NCBI GenBank assembly: GCA_028716245.1
Contig: JAQUQW010000003.1
Span: 20,638-84,637 of the forward strand
From: Candidatus Omnitrophota bacterium
GTDB taxonomy: Bacteria; Omnitrophota; Gorgyraeia; Gygaellales; Profunditerraquicolaceae
Length of the DNA: 64,000 nucleotides
Direction: 5' to 3'
The position numbers and the translations under genes are program-made. Positions 1 to 8,186 of this stretch are shown piece after piece. How positions within the stretch are numbered: position 1 is the stretch's first letter; each line of letters starts with the position of its first letter. The notes under the pieces were generated by a model. The model was not told where the DNA came from. It saw only the letters and a list, made by a program, of their open reading frames with translations, and did no database searches.

Positions 1-774
1 CAGGCTAAATGCTTGTTTTGGCGGAATCCGTGTTATGGTGTTTTTAGGACAATGGTGGATAAAGAATATTCTTTTAAGCGGCGCTGATTCAATCCTAGAA
101 GCAAGATAATCGCTAAATTCACCGTGCCAGGGAGAGCCGTAGATGAAAAATTTACCGTTGAACTTACGTATAATTATACGATCATCATTTAAGACCGTCG
201 CCCTTGAGTGTTTATGCCAGAGTCTGGCGGTGGTGCTTTTGCCTGCCCCGGATTTACCGGCGAAAAGCAAACCCCGGCCACCGACATCTTTTATTCCCAC
301 AGAATGAGTAAAGATACCCTGATTCCTCTGGGCAAAATAATTTATCAAAAGCACCTGAAGAAAATCATAGATTATGTCCGAGGTATTCCAAACCTTGCCT
401 TTATTCTTCTTAGGCAATAGATAAACTTTTACTCTATCAAAAGTTTTATTTACCAGCATAATTTGTTTTTTGTCCTCAAGCGGGCATTTATAGATATAGA
501 TATCGCCTCTTTTAAGCAGGCGCCAGTTCTCGTTTTTATCCTGAAAATGATAGGTAATAAATACCGGTTTTGTATTCAAGACATCGGGAAGTTTATCCGC
601 TATTTCGATATCAATTACAATATCCGGCCTTTGGCTTCCTTTATAGAAGAAATTATCAAACCGTTCAGCAGCTTCCAGCTTCTGTCCTTCCGCGCTAAAC
701 TGCTCTAAAGGGAAACAACTTTGCATCAAGATAACCGTATCCGCGATTTTAAGATTAACCTTGTAGTCTATCAT
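1..774 (-). CDS. HPr kinase/phosphorylase C-domain-like serine kinase (partial; C-terminus lies beyond window start)
   Basis: Own translation of minus strand from ATG 774..772 gives an uninterrupted frame to position 1. It is absent from the ORF track only because it runs off the edge. P-loop ...IKDVGGRGLLFAGKSGAGKSTTARLWH... encoded ~290..215 is typical of the HprK C-terminal domain. Start overlaps stop of upstream rSAM gene (TAATG). Confidence 0.6.
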   Translation of the reverse strand, partial: MIDYKVNLKIADTVILMQSCFPLEQFSAEGQKLEAAERFDNFFYKGSQRPDIVIDIEIADKLPDVLNTKPVFITYHFQDKNENWRLLKRGDIYIYKCPLEDKKQIMLVNKTFDRVKVYLLPKKNKGKVWNTSDIIYDFLQVLLINYFAQRNQGIFTHSVGIKDVGGRGLLFAGKSGAGKSTTARLWHKHSRATVLNDDRIIIRKFNGKFFIYGSPWHGEFSDYLASRIESAPLKRIFFIHHCPKNTITRIPPKQAFSL

Positions 775-1892
775 TATGACACGATGCTCCTTTCAGGATA
801 AATTTTCATTCTTTTGCCGGCCTTTGCTTTTACCATCATCTTTTTTGCTGTTTCTTCTGCCAATTGGCAATAATATAACACTGGCGCTTCTTCGTCACCC
901 GTCTCTAAATACGCCCTTGCCGGGCAATGATAGCAGATTGGCCGCCAAGAGCAATCTTTGCATTTAGAGTCGGTTTTAAAGCGCTCATTTAATATTTGTG
1001 TAGGCCAACGATAAAAACCCTCTTTGAATGGTGTAGTTTTTAAATCTATGCTAAATTGATCTGAAAATATACAAAACTTAAGCCGTCCATAAGGATTAAT
1101 AAAAAATTGCTGCATCCAGGAATTGCAATGATAAAGCAGGCTTCTCTCCTGTTTTAAATCGGGAAAATCGCTATGGAGCCCCTTTTGATATTCTCCCCAG
1201 ATATCCGGGTCTTGTTTTCTTAACTCCACCAGCTCTTCAAAAGAAAGCCGGTGATTACACGGCGCCTTATCGCCATTTACCCGAGGATAAATCATCGGGT
1301 CATATTTAAAACGATACTTATTGTCCGCAGGCTTGCCTAAAAGCTCCTCTGTCCATCTTTTTATCTTGGCAATCTCATTTTTGTTCTGTTTTAGGCAATT
1401 GGATTTTAATATAAGTTTAGTATTGTTCTTTGATAATAACTTAATATTTTTAATTACCCGAAAAAAAGAACCGCTAACTTGGGTAATTGATTCATAGGAT
1501 TCTTGGGTTATGCCATTTAGAGTTATCTCAATGGAAAAAGGAGGATATTTCGCCAAATAATTGACAATTTCTTTGCTCAGGCTGTAACCATTGGTAAAAA
1601 GCGTGATAATAAAACCCTTACTTTTAGCATAGGAATAGATTTCTAAAAAATCACCCCTGACTAAAGGATCTCCGCCGGTAAAAGTAAGCCAAAGACAACC
1701 TTCTTGCTGAAGCGTATCAAGAATTTTCTTCCACTCCTCAGCAGTCAATTCTCTGTCTTCCGAACTTTTGCAATAGCAATGAACGCAGTTTAGATTACAA
1801 CGATAGGTGAATTCAAGCTGGCCGCTCCAGGGATAATGCTCTTTTTTACTATTTAATTTACGAATAAAACGACCGAGGCTATTTTTTTCCAT
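774..1892 (-). CDS. radical SAM / SPASM-domain peptide-modifying enzyme
   Basis: CNLNCVHCYC (CxxxCxxC) near N-terminus; C-terminal Cys-rich SPASM-like region (CNSW...CIF...CKDCSWRPICYHCPARAY...YYC). Confidence 0.8.
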   Translation of the reverse strand: MEKNSLGRFIRKLNSKKEHYPWSGQLEFTYRCNLNCVHCYCKSSEDRELTAEEWKKILDTLQQEGCLWLTFTGGDPLVRGDFLEIYSYAKSKGFIITLFTNGYSLSKEIVNYLAKYPPFSIEITLNGITQESYESITQVSGSFFRVIKNIKLLSKNNTKLILKSNCLKQNKNEIAKIKRWTEELLGKPADNKYRFKYDPMIYPRVNGDKAPCNHRLSFEELVELRKQDPDIWGEYQKGLHSDFPDLKQERSLLYHCNSWMQQFFINPYGRLKFCIFSDQFSIDLKTTPFKEGFYRWPTQILNERFKTDSKCKDCSWRPICYHCPARAYLETGDEEAPVLYYCQLAEETAKKMMVKAKAGKRMKIYPERSIVS

Positions 1893-1974
1893 TCTTTCAA
1901 ACGCTAATCCACACGAATTTCAAAGGTAATTAAGTACTATGCCCCCGGAATTCAAATAAACAACTAGGTAAATC

Positions 1975-2021
1975 ACCAAAAAAATAAAAAGGGTTCAGGA
2001 GGAAGCGCTGCTCAATAACCC
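1975..2021 (-). terminator. putative attenuator/terminator downstream of precursor gene
   Basis: On minus strand: GGGUU-(22 nt loop)-AACCC followed by UUUUUAUUUUUUU, ~55 nt after precursor stop. Weak stem, strong U-tract. Confidence 0.3.
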
Positions 2022-2074
2022 AGTCGCAGCCTCGTTCATCATTAATTAGATATTGTGTTCCCAATTAAAATGGC

Positions 2075-2299
2075 TTATGAAGTGCCTGTCGTGGTTCTAG
2101 TAAAATTAATTAATGGACCTGATCCTGAAGGGAATATGCAGCCCCAAACCGCCCCTTTATTGTGCGAATACCCTTTCAAGGACGGTCCAGCGATTGCGGT
2201 TTGGTACCCCCAACCGTAACAATTACACGACAACACCGCCTGCTCAGGGTTGAGTTTTACCCGCGTAATCACCGGCTTAAATTTAGGTTTTTTGGGCAT
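2075..2299 (-). CDS. RiPP precursor peptide candidate (74 aa)
   Basis: AAGGAG 7 nt upstream of ATG at 2299 (the ORF-track N-terminal extension MLILERRSK contains the SD). Sequence MPKKPKFKPVITRVKLNPEQAVLSCNCYGWGYQTAIAGPSLKGYSHNKGAVWGCIFPSGSGPLINFTRTTTGTS: Lys-rich leader-like N-terminus, Gly/aromatic/Thr-rich C-terminal part with 3 Cys, no Asp, C-terminal Ser. Sits immediately after the PqqD gene. Confidence 0.55.
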   Translation of the reverse strand: MPKKPKFKPVITRVKLNPEQAVLSCNCYGWGYQTAIAGPSLKGYSHNKGAVWGCIFPSGSGPLINFTRTTTGTS

Positions 2300-2327
2300 C
2301 TTACTTCTCCTTTCCAGGATTAGCAAT

Positions 2328-2609
2328 TTATTTTACCGCTTTGATCTCTTTTAAGTCTTTTAATAATTTCTGCATCTCCTTGTCTACTTCTTCGGGCGTG
2401 GTATCAAACTCCTTCAGGAGCTTACTTTTAAGCTCGGTCAGCGTCCTTTTGCCGTCGAGCAATTCCCAAACCCTTGAAGCAACTTTATTTAAAGTATAGA
2501 TACAGTTTATCTCATCTGAGGTCTTATAAATCGGCAGAAGTATGGTCTCATCTTCAATCACCCGAGTTACCATATCGGAATTCTTGCGTAAAACAGTCTT
2601 TTCTTGCAT
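2328..2609 (-). CDS. PqqD-family RiPP recognition element protein
   Basis: 93 aa; ...LNKVASRVWELLDGKRTLTELKSKLLKEFDTTPEEVDKEMQKLL... matches the PqqD consensus. GGAGG 9 nt upstream of ATG 2609. Confidence 0.75.
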   Translation of the reverse strand: MQEKTVLRKNSDMVTRVIEDETILLPIYKTSDEINCIYTLNKVASRVWELLDGKRTLTELKSKLLKEFDTTPEEVDKEMQKLLKDLKEIKAVK

Positions 2610-4020
2610 TGGTTTTACCTCCTCTTGAAAGAATCTTCTCTATCGCCCACATCTTTTTTTCAGTTTTATCCCACTTTTTTATCGACCTATTGTTTTTTAG
2701 TTTTCTTTCTTTCAGAAATGCCGCCTTAAACGCATTATATCTACCGGTAACCAAATCAATTATAGCATGTTTTTCTTTTAACAAAAAGGCAATCTTTAAT
2801 AGGCGCAAAGTCGTTTCCAACGCGTCAAAACCTAAGATCAACGAATTTTTATAAAAAACAGCCGCCTTGGGGAATTTTCTTTGTTTTTCATATATCCGGC
2901 CTAAAAGATAATGGCTTTGCGCGTCTAAACGTTCAAATGATTGATACCTTAACAATAATTTCTTGGCTTTATGAATATTGCCGAGTTTAAATTCCGCGGC
3001 TGCCATTCCCAAGAGGTATTGCTCTTCTAGCTTATTAAACAATCCTTGATTGCCCTGCTTTAAAGCCAAGGAAAAATATGTTTTTGCTTTTTTAAAATTA
3101 TTTCTTTGCAGGAAAATTTGGCCCAAACCCAGAAAGCAAGCGGGGTTTTTGGGATCAACTTTCAATATTTTTGAAAATTCTTTTCTCGCTAAAGAAAACT
3201 TCCCCAGAGATAAGTAAAGCGGCCCATAATTATTATCTGAAACCCTGTAAGCGGGATCACAGGCGATTGCTTTTTCGTAGTATTCTTTTCTTCCCGTGGA
3301 CCTAAAAAGATTAAAATTCTCGGCTGCCGCTAAAGCGGCCCGGAAACGGTTTCTAAATTCTCCGGGAGAAAAATTATAGGCGAGCTCATCACCTAAATGC
3401 TTATACTCCATTGGTGTATAACCGCCGTTTACCGAATAGGCGATAGTGATTATTTGCGGCTGTCGTATCTTTCCCTTAAGCGTTTCTACCAAATGAGCTG
3501 GCGTAATCCAAGGTTTTCTTTTGCCTATATCGACTGTATTGTTTGCATTCACAAGGCTATCTATAACTAAAAAATCAGTATCGATATCAAGCAAAACCTT
3601 CTGCTTAAAAATAGGCAGATTTTTTAAGGTGCAGACAATAAATCTCCTGCCAGAAAGCCTGTTTGATAATTTTCTTTGCATGCACAGAGCGGCTTGCGGT
3701 ATACTGCCAGCTCCCGGCACCACCCAGTAAAAATCCCTGACAATGCCCTCCTGCATTGCCGGATAAATATAATTGCCGATATTTGCCTGCTTATCCAAAT
3801 CATTTTCATACTGTTGATAAGCTAAACTATGCTCTAAATCGCTTTTTAATTCCTTCAAAGTTTTTGCATCCCGAATTATATTATCTATCGGTTTTGCCTG
3901 ATAAAACCCAAAATCAATATGGGCGTCAATATGCACCAAATCAAGGTTTTTAAAACCCTTCTGCCGCCAAATGGTTAGCGCTGCATCATGGTCTTCGATA
4001 AGGAACACGCCTTTACTCAT
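2554..4020 (-). CDS. arginase/deacetylase-fold (UPF0489-like) metallohydrolase domain fused to C-terminal TPR repeats
   Basis: N-terminal motifs in arginase-family order: EDHDAALTI, VHIDAHIDF, LLDIDTDFLVID. C-terminal half has repeated TPR-like helices (AIACDPAY...YLSLGKF...LGQIFLQRNNFKKAKTYF...). Confidence 0.45.
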   Translation of the reverse strand: MSKGVFLIEDHDAALTIWRQKGFKNLDLVHIDAHIDFGFYQAKPIDNIIRDAKTLKELKSDLEHSLAYQQYENDLDKQANIGNYIYPAMQEGIVRDFYWVVPGAGSIPQAALCMQRKLSNRLSGRRFIVCTLKNLPIFKQKVLLDIDTDFLVIDSLVNANNTVDIGKRKPWITPAHLVETLKGKIRQPQIITIAYSVNGGYTPMEYKHLGDELAYNFSPGEFRNRFRAALAAAENFNLFRSTGRKEYYEKAIACDPAYRVSDNNYGPLYLSLGKFSLARKEFSKILKVDPKNPACFLGLGQIFLQRNNFKKAKTYFSLALKQGNQGLFNKLEEQYLLGMAAAEFKLGNIHKAKKLLLRYQSFERLDAQSHYLLGRIYEKQRKFPKAAVFYKNSLILGFDALETTLRLLKIAFLLKEKHAIIDLVTGRYNAFKAAFLKERKLKNNRSIKKWDKTEKKMWAIEKILSRGGKTNARKDCFTQEFRYGNSGD

Positions 4021-4415
4021 CTTTTGCGAAGTTTCATATAAACAGGTTTTAAAGACTTAATAATCAAAGGGACAATGACCACCATAAAGCTATTGATCAA
4101 CCTATTTCTCCAAATTGTAAGATTGATCATCCTATTATTTTTTATAATACCAACCACTTTACCGATAAACATTTCTCGGGTTATCGGTTCCGGCGCAGAC
4201 AGAGAATTGTCTCCCCGCGTATAGAGAAAATCCTTATTTTTCCTTACTAGCCGATGACAAATCAATTGGTTATTTACCCGGTATAAAATAATATCCCCGG
4301 CTCTTAAATCATCTGCCGGGAATTTTTTAATCACCAGTTTTTCTTTCGGCCGGATAAACGGCCACATACTAAACCCGGAGGTTTCAAAAAATAATAGATC
4401 TTCGGAATTATTCAC
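4017..4415 (-). CDS. S26-family signal peptidase I-like serine protease (SipW/archaeal type)
   Basis: GFSMWPFI (Ser), GDIILY, HRLV (His), TRGDNS box; C-terminal hydrophobic helix. Confidence 0.6.
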   Translation of the reverse strand: MNNSEDLLFFETSGFSMWPFIRPKEKLVIKKFPADDLRAGDIILYRVNNQLICHRLVRKNKDFLYTRGDNSLSAPEPITREMFIGKVVGIIKNNRMINLTIWRNRLINSFMVVIVPLIIKSLKPVYMKLRKR

Positions 4416-5325
4416 GGATCCCTTTCGGCGCGGGAAAATTCAACGCGTCGCAAACTTTACAAATCTCTGAACAGCTTCGGGATCCTTTTGCTAGCGATCG
4501 CCTGGCGCTTTTAAAAAAATCTGAAAACCAGATGTCCTTAAGAGTTGAATCTTTGGCATCCCCCATAACTACCTTCCACAATCCATCCGCGCAGCATAAA
4601 GGCACAGTCCCATCATAACCAATAACTATTTCGGTTAACGGCCTCAGGCATTGGATCTTTAGCGGATTTTTTAAAAAAACTCCCGCGTTTGGGCTTTGGC
4701 CGGCACGATTGCCGAAGTAATCGGTTTTAGCCCTATAATTAATTATAACTTCGCCACCCAAAACAGCTGAATTATTTAGCAGTTTCCTTATGGAGGGATT
4801 CAATTTGTGCTGATCATTATAATTATTTATGATAATCCTATTTAAACCGGATTCGAATAGTTCATTCACTAAATTCGCGTTAATCAAAATGCCGTTAGTA
4901 TACAGATAAAAAAAATTGTTTTTCAATAGGCCCCTGGCAATTCTTATCCGAGAGGATAAACGCGCATCCAAAAGCGGTTCGTTATTGCAATGAAAGGCAA
5001 TGCTTCCAATAAAAGATAAATTTGCCAATTCATTAAGTATCTTTAGGTATAAACTCTCGAGCATAAGGTTTTTGGGATTTTTTGCTCCAGCTTTTGCCGA
5101 CGCCGGGCAAAAAGCGCAATCATTATTACAATAAGAAACGGTCTCAATAAATACTTTATCAAACAACTTATTTTTATCCGCAGGCACCCGGAAGTTATTT
5201 TTAATAACAATTTCTTTTAATTTGAGATAATTCTTTTGCATAAAATTGCTGCGGCGCAGGAATCTCCTAACCTTTGATCTTATGCCGTAAACATATTTAT
5301 TCTTATTCCTTATTTTAATTGTCAT
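4408..5325 (-). CDS. radical SAM / SPASM-domain enzyme (second)
   Basis: CNNDCAFCPAS rSAM motif; C-terminal CCADGLW...CSEICKVCD auxiliary-cluster motif. Confidence 0.8.
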   Translation of the reverse strand: MTIKIRNKNKYVYGIRSKVRRFLRRSNFMQKNYLKLKEIVIKNNFRVPADKNKLFDKVFIETVSYCNNDCAFCPASAKAGAKNPKNLMLESLYLKILNELANLSFIGSIAFHCNNEPLLDARLSSRIRIARGLLKNNFFYLYTNGILINANLVNELFESGLNRIIINNYNDQHKLNPSIRKLLNNSAVLGGEVIINYRAKTDYFGNRAGQSPNAGVFLKNPLKIQCLRPLTEIVIGYDGTVPLCCADGLWKVVMGDAKDSTLKDIWFSDFFKSARRSLAKGSRSCSEICKVCDALNFPAPKGIRE

Positions 5326-5355
5326 ATTAATCTTCTATTTAAGCTGTATCTCTTA

Positions 5356-5364
5356 TGTTATAAT
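5356..5364 (+). promoter_or_regulatory. extended -10 promoter element TGT-TATAAT, 6 nt before ATG 5371 (possible leaderless transcript)
   Basis: Sequence atgTTATAATttgaatATG; no SD between -10 and start. Confidence 0.3.
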
Positions 5365-6513
5365 TTGAATATGAACGAAAGGAAAATACCCAGTGAACAT
5401 AAATTAATCTTGCTTTGTACAAGATTAAAGATAAACGAACCTAACCGGAATGAAATCTTGGGCCTTCTAAATGGGCCGCTTAACTGGAATAGAATAAGAG
5501 AATTCTCCGTCCGGCAAGAAATCCTGCCTTTTCTGTATTATAACTTAAACAGGCTGAATCTTCAAGATTCCATCCCTCAGGAGATGTTCGCAATAATGAA
5601 AAACTACCATTATTCTAACCTTGTTAGAAACTCAATGTTAGAAAAAGAGGCTGCGCTTATTCTGAAATCGGCCAATTCCGCGGGCATAACCATTATGCCT
5701 TTCAAAGGCTTTAGCTTAATACAAACAATATACCAGAGCAATCCTGAGCTAAGGATAATGGTTGATGTCGATATACTTGTAAAAGAAACTGAATTTCCGA
5801 AAATAAAAAATATTCTTACCCAAACAGGCTATATAGAAAATACGGATACTATTGGCAATAAAATCGCTTTCGAAAACGTCTTCTCAAAAAAGCTTTCCGC
5901 GAGTTTTTCGTCAATTATAGAGATCCACACCGAGCTTTCTCCTGCCCGCCCTTACCCGCTCAAACTCCCGCAACTTTGGGAAAGAACCCGGGAAATAAAC
6001 ATTAATAGCCAGAAAATATCGCTTTTATCCGCGGAAGACACATTTTTATCCTTAGCCCTGCATTTACGCAGGCATCTGCGGAGGCTAACTTTAAAATTTA
6101 TAGTCGATATTTCTGAATTGTTAAGCGCGAGCGGCGAAAACCTTGATTGGAAATATATAAAGAAATCGGCCCAAGATAGCCATATGATAACAACCGTTTA
6201 TCTTTCTCTTTATATCACGAAAGAACTGCTGGATATGCCTGTTGCCGGCAAAATCTTAAATGAATTCCGGCCAAATATCATTAAAAACGCCCTGATAAGT
6301 TTATCGATAAACAAACATAATTTTTTTACTTTTAAAAAATGGCAAGCCACGTTTTTGCGGTTTTTACTTTTTGACCGCCTTTTAGACTTCTTCCTTTATC
6401 TCTGGCGGGTATCTTTTGTCGAAAGATTTATCGGCAGACGGGCCCGCAAAAAGACTAAAACAAACGCTATACCGAGAATACCGATAAGAAATATTGTGGA
6501 AACCAGGAAGTAA
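5365..6513 (+). CDS. PF14907-like putative nucleotidyltransferase (RiPP-cluster-associated)
   Basis: ORF track starts at TTG 5365; first ATG at 5371. ...FKGFSLIQTIYQSNPELRIMVDVDILVKETEFPKIKNILTQTGY... resembles the G-x-A...R-x-DxDxLV core of the uncharacterised nucleotidyltransferase family found next to PqqD/HprK genes in lasso-type clusters. Confidence 0.55.
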   Translation: MNMNERKIPSEHKLILLCTRLKINEPNRNEILGLLNGPLNWNRIREFSVRQEILPFLYYNLNRLNLQDSIPQEMFAIMKNYHYSNLVRNSMLEKEAALILKSANSAGITIMPFKGFSLIQTIYQSNPELRIMVDVDILVKETEFPKIKNILTQTGYIENTDTIGNKIAFENVFSKKLSASFSSIIEIHTELSPARPYPLKLPQLWERTREININSQKISLLSAEDTFLSLALHLRRHLRRLTLKFIVDISELLSASGENLDWKYIKKSAQDSHMITTVYLSLYITKELLDMPVAGKILNEFRPNIIKNALISLSINKHNFFTFKKWQATFLRFLLFDRLLDFFLYLWRVSFVERFIGRRARKKTKTNAIPRIPIRNIVETRK

Positions 6514-7439
6514 AAAAGCGCTTTGGCTATAATAATATCTGATTTTAAGCTTTTACTAAATCTATCCACGTAATGAACAAACCTATCTTCTCCGCCAAAT
6601 AGATAACTCGTCCCTATTCTGATGCCATTGGGAAGCTTATCAATGTAGCTTTGGAATACAGAAAAAAATCCATATCTGGTATTATACTTATCGATAAAAT
6701 CGTTTCCTGTGCGCAAAAATACGCATTTTAAAAGCTTCGAGTAAGAAACCGGCATTGCATTGTGTTCCTCTGCCCCACTTCCTATTCTCTGAATCAAAAT
6801 ATTTCCGGTTCGATCATCCAGCAGCCTTTCTCTTAATTCTAAAAAGGAAAGCGGGTTGCCCCGCTCGGTAGCGTAAAAACCAAACGTTGTATCTACAAAT
6901 ACCCATTTTTTTAAGCTTTTAATATAAACTTCGTTCACCGAGTGAGCCAGCGGCTTAAACTTCTCGCTTTCTAAAGCCCATAATCTTGATTTTAAGCCTA
7001 AACCGGATAAATACGCGGAGAATAAAATCGAGCGGTGAAAACAATTCGCGCCCCGGGCTCCCTCTCTTATCTGCCTGAGCATGCCATCGGGAGAATCCCA
7101 TTTTAAAACTCGGCCCGTACGGTTATTATTCGAAAATATATTCATTACATATTTTGCGGCTTCAAGCATAGCTTCAAAGTCATCGTTTTTGTTCCTGATT
7201 AAAGGCCGGATCTCATTTTTAAAAATATCGAGCCCGGGCTTATCCGGTTCGAGATGAAAATATCCCGGGGCCTTATCCGGCTGCCAGTAAAAATCATCCG
7301 GGTTAACGGACTCAATAATATCCCAGACAGCCAAATGTGAAAACGCGCGGCTTTTGAATAACGAATAACCAATAACCCCGTCGATTAAAATAATTATAAA
7401 AACAGCTAGGTAAATATTTCTTTTAATTATTCTTTTCAT
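6396..7439 (-). CDS. membrane-anchored transglutaminase-like cysteine protease
   Basis: N-terminal TM helix; GANCFHRSILFSAYLSGLGLKSR (Cys), HSVNEVYI (His), WVFVDTT (Asp) as in the transglutaminase-core / lasso B2 protease superfamily. Confidence 0.55.
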   Translation of the reverse strand: MKRIIKRNIYLAVFIIILIDGVIGYSLFKSRAFSHLAVWDIIESVNPDDFYWQPDKAPGYFHLEPDKPGLDIFKNEIRPLIRNKNDDFEAMLEAAKYVMNIFSNNNRTGRVLKWDSPDGMLRQIREGARGANCFHRSILFSAYLSGLGLKSRLWALESEKFKPLAHSVNEVYIKSLKKWVFVDTTFGFYATERGNPLSFLELRERLLDDRTGNILIQRIGSGAEEHNAMPVSYSKLLKCVFLRTGNDFIDKYNTRYGFFSVFQSYIDKLPNGIRIGTSYLFGGEDRFVHYVDRFSKSLKSDIIIAKALFYFLVSTIFLIGILGIAFVLVFLRARLPINLSTKDTRQR

Positions 7440-8169
7440 ATCCGCTTAATTTACACCTAAGAATATGGTGAATAAAAATCAGATTCCCCAATAAGTATCT
7501 CTTCCACAACCTTTTCGGCTGCTGCCACAATCTGTGCAGCCATTCAAGCCCAAATTTAATCATCCAGTTCGGCGCTCTTTTTCGTTGGCCGGACAACCAA
7601 TCAAACACGGCGCCTACAGCCCAATATAAATTAACATTTAACGCACCTATATTATTAGCTATCCATTTTTCTTGTTTCGGAACCCCCATCCCAACCATTA
7701 ATATATTTGGCTTTAAACTGTTAATTTCTTGAATGATTTTCTGCTCTTCGGATTTAGCAAAAAAACCCTCCCGGCTGCCTACAATTCTTAATCCTTTGGC
7801 CTTCAATGCTTCTGCTGTCTTTTTAACGGTTCCCTCCCGGCCTCCCAATAAATAAATGGTTATCTTTCGATCTTTCAGTTCGGAAACTAACCTATCAAAA
7901 AAATCCAATATGTTTACCCTTTCCGGCAAAGGGTTACCTAAAAATCTCGCGGCCCAGACCACGCCCTGGCCTCCGGTGTAAACCAAGTCTGCTTTTTGCA
8001 GAATTTTTTTATATTCATTATCGATTAAGGCGGTATTTACACAGTGCGCGTTAAGATAGGTTATAAATTTAGCCTTATCCGTAAGGGCGTATTCCAGAAT
8101 TTTCCCTATGATATCATCGGCAGCCAGCGCCCCAACCTCTATGCCTAAAAAATTAATAGTTTTATGCAT
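7423..8169 (-). CDS. WecB/TagA/CpsF-family glycosyltransferase
   Basis: 248 aa; conserved ...VYTGGQGVVWAARFLG...ERV.G.DF...GVPKQEKW...DWLSGQRKRAPNWMIKFGLEWLHRLWQQPKRLWKRY matches the family throughout. Confidence 0.75.
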   Translation of the reverse strand: MHKTINFLGIEVGALAADDIIGKILEYALTDKAKFITYLNAHCVNTALIDNEYKKILQKADLVYTGGQGVVWAARFLGNPLPERVNILDFFDRLVSELKDRKITIYLLGGREGTVKKTAEALKAKGLRIVGSREGFFAKSEEQKIIQEINSLKPNILMVGMGVPKQEKWIANNIGALNVNLYWAVGAVFDWLSGQRKRAPNWMIKFGLEWLHRLWQQPKRLWKRYLLGNLIFIHHILRCKLSGYEKNN

Positions 8170-8186
8170 CTAAAAATAGAAATAAA

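Noticed and set aside
208-708. Plus-strand ORFs 208..420 and 463..708 (same frame, separated by TAG)
   Set aside because: They are antisense shadows of the minus-strand HprK-like gene, which is open from 774 to position 1 and carries a convincing Walker A motif. Neither plus-strand ORF has a recognisable motif.
776-967. Plus-strand 63-aa ORF
   Set aside because: Lies antisense inside the rSAM/SPASM gene; low-complexity Leu/Pro/Ser-rich sequence.
2300-2326. N-terminal extension MLILERRSK of the precursor ORF
   Set aside because: Contains the AAGGAG Shine-Dalgarno for the downstream ATG at 2299.
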